A DNA stretch of 64,000 nucleotides from Rhodanobacteraceae bacterium (GTDB lineage: Bacteria; Pseudomonadota; Gammaproteobacteria; Xanthomonadales; SZUA-5): assembly GCA_024234055.1 (NCBI GenBank), contig JACKOW010000001.1, forward strand, positions 146,710-210,709, in the 5' to 3' direction. The translations under genes and the position numbers were made by a program. The notes under the pieces are model-generated. The model was given only the letters and a program-made list of their open reading frames with translations, searched no databases and had not been told where the DNA came from. Shown here piece by piece: positions 1 to 10,290 of the stretch (positions within the stretch are counted from its first letter, which is position 1; each line of letters starts with the position of its first letter).

Positions 1-3000
1 CCGATATCCTGCATCGTTGCGGTCTGGCGGTGGAGCGCGTCGAGCGCGTGCTTTGCTATCAATTCGCGCAGTGGCCCGAGCAGCCGGCGCAGATCGAGCA
101 GATCGAAGCCCTGCTGCACGATCCCATGACTCAGAGCGTGTTGCGGGATCCAGCCGAATTCGCCGACCTGCACCGGCATCCGGCAGCGGCGCCGCTGGTC
201 TACGTGGCCACCGATCTGCCAGCGCTGACCGAGGCCAATCAGCGTCTGGGTCTGGCGCTGAGCGAGGATGAGCTGGAATACCTCGCCGCGCGCTATGCGC
301 AGCTGGGGCGTGCCGCCAGCGATGCCGAACTGATGATGTTCGCGCAGGCCAATTCCGAGCACTGCCGACACAAGGTCTTCAACGCCAGCTGGACCATCGA
401 CGGTATCGATCAAAGCTCCAGCCTGTTTGGCCACATCAAGCACACCCACGCGAGCACGCCGCAGGGCACGCTGGTGGCGTACAAGGACAATGCCGCCGTG
501 CTGGCGGGGCACGTCGGTCAGCGCTTCCTGGCGGATGCTCAAGGTCGCTACCGCGCTACGACCGAGCCCGTACATCTGGCGATCAAGGTCGAGACCCACA
601 ATCACCCGACTGCGATCGCCCCGCATGCCGGTGCTGCCACCGGTGCTGGCGGTGAGATCCGCGACGAAGGCGCAACCGGTCGCGGCGCACGGCCCAAAGC
701 CGGATTGACCGGGTTCACGGTCTCACATCTGCGTTTTGCCGATGCGCCGCAGCCCTGGGAGCAGCCCCGGCCGCTGCCGCAGCATCTGGCCAGTGCCCGT
801 CGGATCATGGTCGAGGGGCCGATCGGCGCGGCCGCCTTCAACAACGAATTCGGGCGCCCGGCGCTGGGCGGCTATTTCCGGACCTTCGAGCACTTCCCGG
901 AGCGGCTCGATCAGGGCTACGCCTACGACAAGCCGATCATGATCGCCGGCGGTCTGGGCAGCGTGCGCGCGGCCGATGTCGAAAAGTGTTTGCTGCGGGA
1001 AGGCGATATCGTCATCGTGCTCGGTGGCCCGGCCATGCTGATTGGCCTCGGCGGGGGTGCGGCCTCCTCGCAGGCCAGCGGCATCGGCAGCGCCGCCCGC
1101 GATTTCGCCTCGGTGCAGCGCGACAATCCGGAGATGGAACGGCGCTGCCAGGAGGTCATCGACCGTTGTATCGCGCTGGGTGAGGCCAATCCCATCGTCA
1201 GCATTCATGATGTCGGTGCCGGTGGTCTGTCCAATGCCATCCCGGAACTGCTGCACGACAGCGGCGTTGGTGGCTGCATCGATCTGGGCGCGGTGCTCAA
1301 TGACGATCCGGGCATGAGTCCGATGCAGATCTGGTGCAACGAGGCTCAGGAGCGCTATGTGCTTGGCCTGCGCCCGCAAAGCCTTCCGCGATTCATCGAA
1401 CTGGCCGAGCGCGAGCGCTGCCTTTACGCGGCGGTCGGCACGGCAACCGCCGTCGAGCATCTGAGCGTACGGCTGGGAGACACGAAGGTCATTGATCTGC
1501 CGATGGATGTGCTCTTCGGCAAGGCGCCGAAGATGCACCGGCAGGCAATCGGCCATCAACCGCAGGCGGGTGTGGCGCTGAATCTGGCGACCATCGAGCC
1601 GCTGGATGCGCTGCTGCGCGTGCTGCGCTTTCCGGCCGTGGCCAGCAAGCAGTTCCTGATCACCATCGGCGATCGCACGGTCGGCGGCCTGAGTCACCGT
1701 GACCAGATGGTGGGCCCCTGGCAGACGCCGGTGGCCGATGTGGCGGTGACGCTGGCAGATTTCGAGGGCTACAGCGGCGAGGCCATGAGCATGGGCGAGC
1801 GCACGCCCTTGGCCGTGCTGGACGCCCGCGCGGCGGCGCGAATGGCTGTGGGCGAGGCGCTGACCAATCTCTATGCGGCGCCGGTGGCGGCCTTGGAGCA
1901 GGTCAAGCTGTCGGCCAACTGGATGGCGGCGGTCGGCGATCCGCAGATGGACGGCGCGCTGTATGCCGCAGTCGAGGCCGTAGGCCGCGAGCTCTGCCCG
2001 GCTCTGGGCCTGGGTATCCCGGTGGGCAAGGACTCGCTGTCGATGCGCGCCCAGTGGCGCGATGCCGACGGCAGCGACTGCCGCACGCGGGCGCCGATCT
2101 CCTTGATCATCAGCGCCTTTGCACCGATCACCGATGTCCGCGGCACGCTGACGCCCGAACTCCAGTGTCGCGACGGCAGCGCCGCCCTGTGGCTGCTCGA
2201 TCTGGGCGCAGGCCAGCGCCTCGGCGGCAGCGTGCTGGCCCAGGTGCATGGTTCGATGGGCGATCGGGCCCCGGACCTGGATGATCCGCTCGAGTTTCGC
2301 CGTGGGCTGGATTGGCTAGCGGCGGAAAAGGCCAGCGGCCGGATTCTGGCCTGGCACGATCGCAGCGACGGCGGTCTGATCGTGGCCGCGCTGGAAATGG
2401 CTTTCGCTGCGCGTCTGGGGCTCGATCTGGAGCTTGGCGGCGATGGCGATGTGCTGGCCGAATTGTTCAACGAGGAACTCGGCGTCTTGATCGAAGTGGC
2501 GGCGTCGGATCAGGAGGCGCTGCTTGCCAGTGCCGCGGCCGCCGGCCTGGACACTCGTCTGCGGCGTATGGGTGCCGCCGCCGACCACGCCCAGCTGCGC
2601 GTGCGCGCGGGCGGACGCAGCGTGCTCGAGGCCGAGATGGCGGACTTGCTGGCGGCCTGGAGTGAAACATCCTGGCGCATTCAGCGCGAGCGCGACAATC
2701 CCGACAGCGCCGACCAGGAATTCGAGCGCCTGCGAGACTACGGGGCGTGTGGCCTGATCGAAGCGCCCAGTTTCGACGTCGATGAGGATATCGCCGCGCC
2801 CTACATCGCCAGCGGCGCCCGGCCGCGGGTGGCGATCCTGCGCGAGCAGGGCGTCAACGGTCAGCTGGAAATGGCGGCGGCCTTCGTCCGCGCCGGATTC
2901 GACGCCATCGACGTCCACGTCAGCGATCTGGAGAGCGGTCGCCATCGCCTGGCCGATTTCCGTGGTCTGGCGGTCTGTGGTGGCTTTTCCTACGGCGACG

Positions 3001-3578
3001 TGCTGGGTGCCGGACAGGGCTGGGCCAAGGGCATCGCCCACCATCCGGAGCTGGCCGAGCAGTTTCGGCGCTTCTTCGCTGACAGCGGCAGCTTCACGCT
3101 CGGCGTCTGCAATGGCTGCCAGATGCTCAGCGGATTGGCGAATCTGATCCCCGGTGCCGAAGGCTGGCCGCGCTTCCTGCGCAATCATTCCGAGCAGTAC
3201 GAAGCCCGGCTGGTGCAGGTCGAAGTGCTCGATTCGCCCAGCGTGCTGCTGACCGGCATGGCCGGATCACGTCTGCCGCTGGTGGTCTCGCATGGCGAGG
3301 GCCGTGCCGATTGGGGCGGTAGCGCCATGCCGGCTCAGGCCCGGCCGGCATTGCGGTTCATCGGGAGTGACGGCGCCAGGGCGCAGACTTACCCGGCCAA
3401 TCCCAATGGTTCGCCGGAGGGTTACACCGGATTCTGCAGCACCGATGGCCGCGCCCTGATCCTGATGCCGCATCCGGAGCGGGTGTTCCGGCGGGTCCAG
3501 CTCAGCTGGGCAGCGCCGGGTGGCGATGCCTCGCCCTGGCTGCGGTTGTTCCGCAATGCCCGGGCCTTCGTGGCTTGA
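1..3578 (+). CDS. purL: phosphoribosylformylglycinamidine synthase, large single-chain form (5'-partial)
   Basis: Frame is open from nt 3 to the window edge. [36 protein letters not shown] and C-terminal GATase GVCNGCQM are collinear with E. coli PurL from about residue 110. Confidence 0.95.
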   Translation, partial: DILHRCGLAVERVERVLCYQFAQWPEQPAQIEQIEALLHDPMTQSVLRDPAEFADLHRHPAAAPLVYVATDLPALTEANQRLGLALSEDELEYLAARYAQLGRAASDAELMMFAQANSEHCRHKVFNASWTIDGIDQSSSLFGHIKHTHASTPQGTLVAYKDNAAVLAGHVGQRFLADAQGRYRATTEPVHLAIKVETHNHPTAIAPHAGAATGAGGEIRDEGATGRGARPKAGLTGFTVSHLRFADAPQPWEQPRPLPQHLASARRIMVEGPIGAAAFNNEFGRPALGGYFRTFEHFPERLDQGYAYDKPIMIAGGLGSVRAADVEKCLLREGDIVIVLGGPAMLIGLGGGAASSQASGIGSAARDFASVQRDNPEMERRCQEVIDRCIALGEANPIVSIHDVGAGGLSNAIPELLHDSGVGGCIDLGAVLNDDPGMSPMQIWCNEAQERYVLGLRPQSLPRFIELAERERCLYAAVGTATAVEHLSVRLGDTKVIDLPMDVLFGKAPKMHRQAIGHQPQAGVALNLATIEPLDALLRVLRFPAVASKQFLITIGDRTVGGLSHRDQMVGPWQTPVADVAVTLADFEGYSGEAMSMGERTPLAVLDARAAARMAVGEALTNLYAAPVAALEQVKLSANWMAAVGDPQMDGALYAAVEAVGRELCPALGLGIPVGKDSLSMRAQWRDADGSDCRTRAPISLIISAFAPITDVRGTLTPELQCRDGSAALWLLDLGAGQRLGGSVLAQVHGSMGDRAPDLDDPLEFRRGLDWLAAEKASGRILAWHDRSDGGLIVAALEMAFAARLGLDLELGGDGDVLAELFNEELGVLIEVAASDQEALLASAAAAGLDTRLRRMGAAADHAQLRVRAGGRSVLEAEMADLLAAWSETSWRIQRERDNPDSADQEFERLRDYGACGLIEAPSFDVDEDIAAPYIASGARPRVAILREQGVNGQLEMAAAFVRAGFDAIDVHVSDLESGRHRLADFRGLAVCGGFSYGDVLGAGQGWAKGIAHHPELAEQFRRFFADSGSFTLGVCNGCQMLSGLANLIPGAEGWPRFLRNHSEQYEARLVQVEVLDSPSVLLTGMAGSRLPLVVSHGEGRADWGGSAMPAQARPALRFIGSDGARAQTYPANPNGSPEGYTGFCSTDGRALILMPHPERVFRRVQLSWAAPGGDASPWLRLFRNARAFVA

Positions 3579-3805
3579 GCGCTCCGTCACGCTTCGGGTC
3601 TGAGCCTCCTTGCAGACGGTCTTGATTCGAGCGGGCGCCGCGCACAGGCTAGAATGCGCCTCCCGCTGCCACGGCACAGGGCGGTTGGCGTCGATGCCCC
3701 GGTCGGGTTGCTGTCCGACCAACCTCGTCGCCATTTCCGACCCTCACCGGGTCATTTCCGCGACACACCCGTCGCCTGCTTGCACAGCCTACTCATAATC
3801 CAGAC

Positions 3806-4456
3806 ATGTTCGGTCCACTCAAATCCCTGTTGTTCCTGGCGGTACTCTGGCTGCCGCTGTCCTTCTTCGTGTGGTTCTATTTCGCCCAGATCTTTGTCAT
3901 GCCGATCGCGGCAATGGCGAACTGGGTGCTGCAGCATCTGCTGCCGAATGTGTTCGCCGGCGTCGAGCAGACCCGCCATATCCTGGCCTTCATCACCACC
4001 CTGCCGATCGATCCGGCGCTGTTGGTGGGGGTGGACACCAGCCAGGGCACGCCGGCGGTGGTGGTCGAGGCCAACCCGATGATCTACGGCTACTGCATCC
4101 CGGTGCTGGTGGGTCTGGTCATGGCCACGCCGCTGCGCAACTGGCAGCGTCTGTGGCAGGTTGGCGTGGGTGTGATCATCCTGTCTGCGGTACAGACCTT
4201 CGGTACCGTCTTTGACGTGCTCAAGAGTCTGGGTTTGCAGGCCGGTGACGAGGCCTCGCGGGTGATCACCGATGCCGGCCTGTCGCTGAACCTCATCGCT
4301 TTCTGCTACCAGTTCGGTTATCTGGTGCTGCCAGCCATCACCCCGGTAATTCTATGGGTGATGTTCAATCAGGCCTTCATCCAGGGTCTGGTCACCACCG
4401 AGGGCAGTGAATTGCCCGACGTGGGAACCAGAAGCACCGAAACGAAGTCTCAGTAG
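3806..4456 (+). CDS. polytopic inner-membrane protein, unknown function
   Basis: 216-aa ORF with about 5-6 hydrophobic segments and the coding-type codon bias of its neighbours. It lies directly upstream of gspE. No family confidently recognised. Confidence 0.6.
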   Translation: MFGPLKSLLFLAVLWLPLSFFVWFYFAQIFVMPIAAMANWVLQHLLPNVFAGVEQTRHILAFITTLPIDPALLVGVDTSQGTPAVVVEANPMIYGYCIPVLVGLVMATPLRNWQRLWQVGVGVIILSAVQTFGTVFDVLKSLGLQAGDEASRVITDAGLSLNLIAFCYQFGYLVLPAITPVILWVMFNQAFIQGLVTTEGSELPDVGTRSTETKSQ

Positions 4457-4468
4457 TCTTGCCCCCTG

Positions 4469-6244
4469 TTGCTGCCATCGAGTGCCCGACGCGTGAATGC
4501 CATCGTTGAATCTGAACACGCCGCCCCGCCGCTGCCGCAGACGGCAGTGGACGTCGAGCATCTCGACGAGCGCATCTGCCAGTTTCTGCTGCGCAAGGGC
4601 AGGCTCAAGGATGCCGATCTGGCACGCGCACGGCGGGTGCACGAGGAGCAGGACGATGTCGGGCTGGTCTCGCTGCTGACCCGCCTGGGCCTGGCCTCCG
4701 AGCGCGATGTCGCCGAGGCCATGAGCGAGTTGCTGGAACTGCCGCTGGTCAACGCCAAGGACGCTCCCGATGTGCCGCCCGCGGGCGTGACCCTCTCGGT
4801 GCGGTTTCTGAAACAGTTCCACATCGTGCCGATCGGCGAGTCCGAGCAGGCCATCCGTCTGCTGGTGGCCGATCCGCAGGATGACTACGCTCGTGATGCC
4901 GTGATTCTTGCCACCGGCAAGCCGGTCGAGATTGCGGTCGGCCTGCGCACGGAGATCGATGATCTGATCGAGCGCTACTACGGTCAGGGTCGCTCCGCGA
5001 TGGGCACCATCGTCGAGAATCTTGCCGGTGAGGAGGGCGGTGGCGAAGATGATGTCGAACATCTGCGCGACCTGGCCTCGGAAGCGCCGGTGATCCGCCT
5101 GGTCAATCTGGTGATGCAGCGGGCAGTCGAGCAGCGCGCCAGTGACATCCATATCGAGCCCTTCGAGAACCGCCTCAAGGTGCGATACCGCATCGATGGC
5201 GTGCTTCAGGAGGTCGAATCGCCGCCCGCCAGTTCGACCGCCGCGGTGATCAGTCGCATCAAGATCATGGCCAAGCTCAACATCGCCGAGCGCCGGCTGC
5301 CGCAGGACGGCCGCATCATGCTGCGCGTGCAGGGCAAGGAACTGGATCTGCGCGTGTCCACGGTGCCGACCAGCTACGGCGAGAGCGTGGTCATGCGTAT
5401 CCTCGATCGCGAAAGCGTGGTGCTGGACTTCAAGGCGCTGGGCTTCACCGACGATTTCCTGCCGCAGTTCCTCAATGTGCTGGAGATGCCGCACGGCATC
5501 ATGCTGGTCACCGGTCCCACCGGTTCGGGCAAGACCACCACGCTGTACACCGCGCTCAGCAAGATCAACACCCCCGAGGTCAAGATCATCACGGTCGAAG
5601 ACCCGGTCGAATATCAGCTCGAAGGCGTCAACCAGATCCAGGTCAAGCCGCAGATCGGCCTCGATTTCGCCGGCGCCCTGCGCTCCATCGTGCGTCAGGA
5701 TCCGGACATCATCATGATCGGCGAAATGCGCGATCTGGAGACCGCCAAGATTGCCATCCAGTCGGCACTCACCGGCCATCTGGTACTGTCGACACTGCAC
5801 ACCAACAACGCCGCCGGCGCGGTCACCCGCCTGCTCGACATGGGCGTGGACGATTACCTGATGTGCTCGACGGTCAACGGCGTGCTGGCGCAACGACTGG
5901 TGCGTCGCCTGGATCGCGAGACCAGCCAGCGCTATCAGGCGCTTCCGGAAGTGGTCGAGGAACACAAGCTGCGCAAGTTCACGCGCCACGATCCGATTTA
6001 TCTGCATCGTCCCGTGGCCTCCGAGCGCAGCGCCACCGGCTATATCGGCCGCACCACGATCATGGAATTCCTGACCATGACCGACCCGATCCGCCGCCTG
6101 GTCATGCAGCACGCCGACCACGGCAAGATCGAAGCCCTCGCCCGCGAGGAAGGCATGCGCACCATGTACGAAGACGGCATCGCCAAGGCCCTGAGCGGAT
6201 TGACGACCATCGAGGAAGTGCTGAGGGTGTGTCAGGAGGGGTAG
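4469..6244 (+). CDS. gspE: type II secretion ATPase GspE
   Basis: Walker A GPTGSGKTTT, Asp/His boxes and an N-terminal T2SSE_N-like domain. TTG 4469 or GTG 4493 are possible starts. Confidence 0.93.
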   Translation: MLPSSARRVNAIVESEHAAPPLPQTAVDVEHLDERICQFLLRKGRLKDADLARARRVHEEQDDVGLVSLLTRLGLASERDVAEAMSELLELPLVNAKDAPDVPPAGVTLSVRFLKQFHIVPIGESEQAIRLLVADPQDDYARDAVILATGKPVEIAVGLRTEIDDLIERYYGQGRSAMGTIVENLAGEEGGGEDDVEHLRDLASEAPVIRLVNLVMQRAVEQRASDIHIEPFENRLKVRYRIDGVLQEVESPPASSTAAVISRIKIMAKLNIAERRLPQDGRIMLRVQGKELDLRVSTVPTSYGESVVMRILDRESVVLDFKALGFTDDFLPQFLNVLEMPHGIMLVTGPTGSGKTTTLYTALSKINTPEVKIITVEDPVEYQLEGVNQIQVKPQIGLDFAGALRSIVRQDPDIIMIGEMRDLETAKIAIQSALTGHLVLSTLHTNNAAGAVTRLLDMGVDDYLMCSTVNGVLAQRLVRRLDRETSQRYQALPEVVEEHKLRKFTRHDPIYLHRPVASERSATGYIGRTTIMEFLTMTDPIRRLVMQHADHGKIEALAREEGMRTMYEDGIAKALSGLTTIEEVLRVCQEG

Positions 6245-6260
6245 TTTGGTCGCGTTTTCC

Positions 6261-6562
6261 GGGGTTCTGAGGCAAGTAAGGTGAAAAGTGAAACGTAAAA
6301 CGTCAATTGAGGCAGCGGCGGGGTTGGGGTTCTGAGGCGGTGCCGCGCCGGGTTTTCTGCAGCGCTGAGGCAAGCAAGGTGAAACGTGAAACGTAAAACG
6401 TCAATTCGGTGGGCGGCGAGCTTGATGGTCCGGGTCCTTCTGGGTCGGTCGGCAGCGCGCGTGCGCATTCGTCACCGCGAGCTCGGAAACAGCCTCAGCC
6501 CAAATTTACGTTTCACGTTTTACGTTTTACTGCTCAGAACGTTTTACGTTTTACCGCTTGCC
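6261..6562. repeat. composite tandem-heptamer inverted repeat, GTAAAAC family (two left arms, two right arms)
   Basis: Left arms GGTGAAA(A/C)GTGAAACGTAAAACGTCAATT at 6280-6308 and 6378-6406, each preceded by CTGAGGCAAG. Complementary arms at 6502-6530 and 6538-6555. Confidence 0.9.
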
Positions 6563-6583
6563 GACCGCAGGGAGGCAAGCTGA

Positions 6584-7798
6584 ATGCCCGCCTTCCGCTT
6601 CAAGGCCGTCGCGCCCAACGGCGAGGTGCTGCAGGGCCAGATGGAGGCCGCCAGCACCGATGAGGTGGTGGCCAAGCTGCACGAGCAGGGCAATCTGCCG
6701 CTGGAGGCGATTCCGGCCGATCAGGCGCAGGGTGCCGGGCTGGGAGCCTTGTTCCGTTCCACCGGCGTGTCGCAAACCGATGTGGCCAATTTCACCCAGC
6801 AGCTGGCTACGCTGGTTGGAGCCGGCTTGCCGCTGGACCGTTCACTGCTGGTGCTCGGAGATCTGGCCGAATCCCCGCGCCTGAAGCGGCTGGTCGATCG
6901 GGTTCGCGATGAAGTGCGCGGCGGTGTCTCGTTGTCGGAGGCGCTGGAGCGTCAGCACGGCGTGTTTTCCCGGCTCTACGTCAACATGGTTCGCGCCGGC
7001 GAAATGGGAGGCACGCTCGATCACACGCTGACCCGACTGTCGCAATACCTGGAGCGCAACCAGGAGCTGAAGTCGAGCGTGGTCTCGGCCATGATCTATC
7101 CATGCATCCTGTTGCTGCTCGCCGGCGGCGCGATGATCTTCCTGCTGGTCTTCGTTATTCCCAACTTCATGCCGCTGTTCGAACAGCTGGGCGGCGAGTT
7201 GCCGATCCTGACCCAGATTGTGCTGGCCTTCGCCAATGCCATCCGCTATGGCTGGTGGGTATTCCTGATCATCGCCATCGCCGTGGTCATGTTCTTCCAG
7301 CGCCAGTTCCGCGACCCGGTCACACGGCTGGTGTGGGATACGCGATTGCTCAATCTGAAATGGATCGGCGATCTGCTGATCAAGATCGACACCGCGCGGT
7401 TTGCGCGCACCGCCGGCACGCTGCTCAAGAACGGCGTACCGTTGCTGTCGGCGATGTCGATCGCCCGCAATGTGCTGGGGAACTCGGCGCTGGGCGAACA
7501 GGTCGATACTGCCAACAAGGATGTGAAGACCGGCGGTGGCCTCGCCCATGCGCTGGCCGCCGGCAAGCGCTTCCCGCGGATGGCCTTGCAGATGATTGCC
7601 GTCGGTGAGGAAACCGGTCAGCTCGACGACATGTTGCTGCGCGCTGCCGATACCTATGACCGAGAGGTCAGAACGACCATCGACCGGCTGATGGCGGCCT
7701 TCGTGCCGGTGTTGACCATCCTGCTGGCAGGTTTCATCGCCGTCATCGTGATTTCCATGGTGACGGCCATCTTGAGTTTGAACGATCTGGTGGCTTGA
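6584..7798 (+). CDS. gspF: type II secretion inner-membrane platform protein GspF
   Basis: 404 aa with the duplicated GspF/PilC domain and three TM segments. RBS GGGAGG lies upstream of the ATG. Confidence 0.93.
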   Translation: MPAFRFKAVAPNGEVLQGQMEAASTDEVVAKLHEQGNLPLEAIPADQAQGAGLGALFRSTGVSQTDVANFTQQLATLVGAGLPLDRSLLVLGDLAESPRLKRLVDRVRDEVRGGVSLSEALERQHGVFSRLYVNMVRAGEMGGTLDHTLTRLSQYLERNQELKSSVVSAMIYPCILLLLAGGAMIFLLVFVIPNFMPLFEQLGGELPILTQIVLAFANAIRYGWWVFLIIAIAVVMFFQRQFRDPVTRLVWDTRLLNLKWIGDLLIKIDTARFARTAGTLLKNGVPLLSAMSIARNVLGNSALGEQVDTANKDVKTGGGLAHALAAGKRFPRMALQMIAVGEETGQLDDMLLRAADTYDREVRTTIDRLMAAFVPVLTILLAGFIAVIVISMVTAILSLNDLVA

Positions 7799-7810
7799 AG
7801 AGGACACGCA

Positions 7811-8338
7811 ATGAACGAAGCAAAGGGTTTCAGTCTGATGGCGCTGCGGCAGCGACTGCTGGCCGGGCTGGTGTTGGCCCCTCGCGAATCCGCGAAGGGA
7901 AACCATGGCCTTGTCTCCGGACGTCGCCGCGTCGGCGTTCATCAGCGCGGCTTCAGCCTGATCGAGATGTTGCTGGTGCTCGGCATCATTGCCTTCATTG
8001 CGACCATGCTGGCGACCAACATCTTCCGAAACAAGGAGCGGGCCAACGTTCAGGCGGCCAAGGCTGGCGTTCGCAAGGTGGCCACCGCCGTGGATCAGTT
8101 CTACCTCGACTCAGGTTCGGCGCCATCCAAGCTGGAAGAACTGGTCACCCGGCCCGGCAATGCCAGCAACTGGGGTGGTCCTTATCTGAATGAGTCGCAG
8201 CTCAAGGATCCCTGGGGCACGCCCTATGTGATCAAGGTGCCGGGTGAGGGCGGCCAACCCTATGCCGTGATCTCGCTGGGCTCCGACAAGGCGCCGGGCG
8301 GGGCCGATACGGCGGCGGATATTGACAATAATCAGTGA
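7811..8338 (+). CDS. gspG: major pseudopilin GspG
   Basis: Prepilin motif QRG|FSLIEMLLVLGIIA and a GspG core (DPWGTPY..ISLGSDKAPGG). The leader is at least 26 aa even from in-frame GTG/TTG near 7871. Confidence 0.9.
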   Translation: MNEAKGFSLMALRQRLLAGLVLAPRESAKGNHGLVSGRRRVGVHQRGFSLIEMLLVLGIIAFIATMLATNIFRNKERANVQAAKAGVRKVATAVDQFYLDSGSAPSKLEELVTRPGNASNWGGPYLNESQLKDPWGTPYVIKVPGEGGQPYAVISLGSDKAPGGADTAADIDNNQ

Positions 8339-8370
8339 TGAGATTGTGAGCTCGCGGCGGGCATACCTGC

Positions 8371-8508
8371 GGGACTCGGGACTCGGGACTCGGGACTCGG
8401 TGTTCTTGCCAGACTCGCCGCTTGTTCCCATTCCTCAGTCTCATTTTTCGCAGATGGGATCGAAGTTGCCGCTTGCCCGAGTCCCGAGTCCCGAATCCCG
8501 AGTCCCGG
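8371..8508. repeat. tandem-heptamer inverted repeat, GGGACTC family
   Basis: GGGACTC x4 at 8371-8400 and CCCGAGT-type x4 at 8476-8508, with a ~75-nt loop. Confidence 0.9.
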
Positions 8509-9014
8509 CGGTTTCAGCGGTCACAGCATCCGGCCTTGTCTGCGGAAGTCATCGCGTCTGCGCCCATCAACAGGGCTTCACCCTCCTCGAAATGATCGTC
8601 GTTCTGCTGATCGTGGCCACGGTCGCGACTCTGCTCGGTACCTCGATCGTCGGCAGGCTGGACAGCGTCAAGGTCGCAACTGCAGCGCGGGACATGAGCG
8701 CCGCGCTGCGTTACACCCGAAGTCAGGCCATCCTCCACCGCGAAGAGAAGTTCCTCGAAGTCAATCTGGAGCAACGCAGCTATTCCGCCGCCGGTCGGCC
8801 TGCCGTGGAACTCCCTGAGGTACTGGAGATCAAATTGCTGACCGCGCAATCGGAAGTGGACAGCGACAAGGTCGGGCGCATCCGTTTCTTCCCGGATGGC
8901 GGATCAACCGGCGGTACGATCACCCTGATTGCCGATGGCCGCCAGTGGAAAGTCAAGGTGTCGTGGCTGACTGGCGAAATAGAACTGGATGATGGGCGGA
9001 AGGAGCGGCGATGA
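8454..9014 (+). CDS. gspH: minor pseudopilin GspH
   Basis: QQG|FTLLEMIVVLLIV plus a GspH-like C-terminus (RIRFFPDGGSTGG). The only standard in-frame starts are 8322, 8454 and 8466, all upstream of or within the repeat element. Confidence 0.75.
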   Translation: MGSKLPLARVPSPESRVPAVSAVTASGLVCGSHRVCAHQQGFTLLEMIVVLLIVATVATLLGTSIVGRLDSVKVATAARDMSAALRYTRSQAILHREEKFLEVNLEQRSYSAAGRPAVELPEVLEIKLLTAQSEVDSDKVGRIRFFPDGGSTGGTITLIADGRQWKVKVSWLTGEIELDDGRKERR

Positions 9015-9520
9015 GGCAGGAAAAAGGAAAAAGGAAAAGGGAAAAGGGAACAGCGCGCGCTGTTGCTCCCCTTTTTCCGTTTTCCGTTTCCCATTTTCCT
9101 GCTGGCGGCCGCCGTCGCGGCCGCCAGCAAGGCTTCACCCTCATCGAAGTGCTGGTGGCATTCATCGTCTTCGTGCTGATCTTCGGCGCGGTGCTGGATG
9201 CGCTGGGCATGGCCATGCGCAATACCCGGCGCTCGGCCGAGGTCAGCGAGGCTGCCTTGTGGGCGCAGTCCAAGCTGGATGCGGTTGGCACGATCGAGGA
9301 GTTGGAAGAGGGCAATGAGCGCGGCGAGTTCAATCAGCAGTTTCGCTGGGAACTGGACATCCGCAAGCAGGAAGTGCCGCGCACCGACGGCCTGGCCAGC
9401 GACACTTTTCCGGTCGACCTCTATCGAGTCGACCTGACCGTCAGCTGGGGCGACGCCAACCAGCGCAAGGAACAGCACTTCATCACACTGCGCTCCAAGT
9501 TGAAGGAGGGGCAGTTTTGA
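9011..9520 (+). CDS. gspI: minor pseudopilin GspI
   Basis: QQG|FTLIEVLVAFIV. The ATG overlaps the gspH stop (ATGA). No other ATG/GTG/TTG lies in frame before the cleavage motif. Confidence 0.8.
   Translation: MRQEKGKRKREKGTARAVAPLFPFSVSHFPAGGRRRGRQQGFTLIEVLVAFIVFVLIFGAVLDALGMAMRNTRRSAEVSEAALWAQSKLDAVGTIEELEEGNERGEFNQQFRWELDIRKQEVPRTDGLASDTFPVDLYRVDLTVSWGDANQRKEQHFITLRSKLKEGQF
9019..9099. repeat. tandem-heptamer inverted repeat, GGAAAAG family
   Basis: GGAAAAA/GGAAAAG x4-5 at 9019-9051, GC loop GCGCGCGC, imperfect complement CCTTTTTCCGTTTTCCGTTTCCCATTTTCC at 9069-9099. Confidence 0.85.
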
Positions 9521-10290
9521 ACGCAGCAGTAAAACGTGAAACGTCAAACGTCAACAAGAGCCAAAGCCATGTTGATGCGCGGCTGTCATTGACGTTTGAC
9601 GTTTTACGTTTTACCCGCCGCAATCCGCGGGGTGCGCAGCGGGGCTTCACCCTCATCGAACTCCTCGTCGCCATGACCCTGGTGGCGTTGTTGATGACCC
9701 TGGTCTACGAGGGCCTGCGCAGTGGTCAGCGGGCGGCGGAGACGGGGCAGGCCTTCATCGATCGCACCAATCGTTTGCGCATCACCCAGGAATTCATCCG
9801 CATGCAGGTGGGCAGGTTGATGCCGCTGGCCTACAAGCAGGACACCACCAGCGGCAAGCTCTACCTGTTCGAGGGTGATCACGAGAAGATCCGCTATGTG
9901 GCACCGATGCCCGGCTACCTGGGCTACGGCGGCACCTATGTGCAGGAGCTGGAGTTGATCCGCGATGGCCGTGACCGCTCGCTGGTGTTCCGGCACTGGC
10001 TGCACAATGGTTTTGACGAAAAGAAGATCGACCAGTCCGAACCACCGATTCTGCTGCTGTCCGGCATCCGCGATGGTGGCTTCCGATTCAAGGGATTGAA
10101 CCCGGAAGGCAAGGTGGGGGACTGGAGCGAGCGCTGGGAGGATTCCCAGCTGACGCCGCTGATCATCGAGCTGGATCTGACCATGAGCGCCGAGAGCCGC
10201 ATGGACTGGCCCGTGCTCGACGTAGTGATGATGGTCGACGGTGGCGCCACCCGCGGCTTCAATGCCGGCTTCTTCCCCTCCGGCGGATGA
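9517..10290 (+). CDS. gspJ: minor pseudopilin GspJ
   Basis: QRG|FTLIELLVAMTLVALL. Position in the operon fits. The alternative TTG start at 9589 still includes the right repeat arm. Confidence 0.8.
   Translation: MNAAVKRETSNVNKSQSHVDARLSLTFDVLRFTRRNPRGAQRGFTLIELLVAMTLVALLMTLVYEGLRSGQRAAETGQAFIDRTNRLRITQEFIRMQVGRLMPLAYKQDTTSGKLYLFEGDHEKIRYVAPMPGYLGYGGTYVQELELIRDGRDRSLVFRHWLHNGFDEKKIDQSEPPILLLSGIRDGGFRFKGLNPEGKVGDWSERWEDSQLTPLIIELDLTMSAESRMDWPVLDVVMMVDGGATRGFNAGFFPSGG
9529..9614. repeat. tandem-heptamer inverted repeat, GTAAAAC family
   Basis: GTAAAAC GTGAAAC GTCAAAC GTCAAC (9529-9555) pairs with ATTGAC GTTTGAC GTTTTAC GTTTTAC (9588-9614). Confidence 0.92.

Noticed and set aside
3579-3805. 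Possible promoter or small RNA in the purL-downstream spacer (TAGAAT at about 3640).
   Set aside because: No -35 element at acceptable spacing and no convincing structure or terminator. The pattern match is too weak to report.
4352-6373. 673-aa ORF antisense to gspE. Similar long shadow ORFs include 723-2249(-), 11124-12161(-), 16569-18293(-), 19563-20600(-), 29020-30984(+), 42362-44011(-), 52383-53843(+), 57950-58918(+) and 60266-61345(-).
   Set aside because: Each lies opposite a gene with clear family motifs. Their translations are Arg/Gly/Ala/His-rich low-complexity sequence typical of stop-poor antisense frames in high-GC DNA.
6261-6562. Possible CRISPR arrays, considered for this and the other repeat clusters (8371-8508, 27631-27708, 33908-33966, 44576-44692).
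   Set aside because: The units are 7-8 nt and contiguous with no spacers. Arms are self-complementary. There are no 25-40 nt repeats, unique spacers or cas genes.
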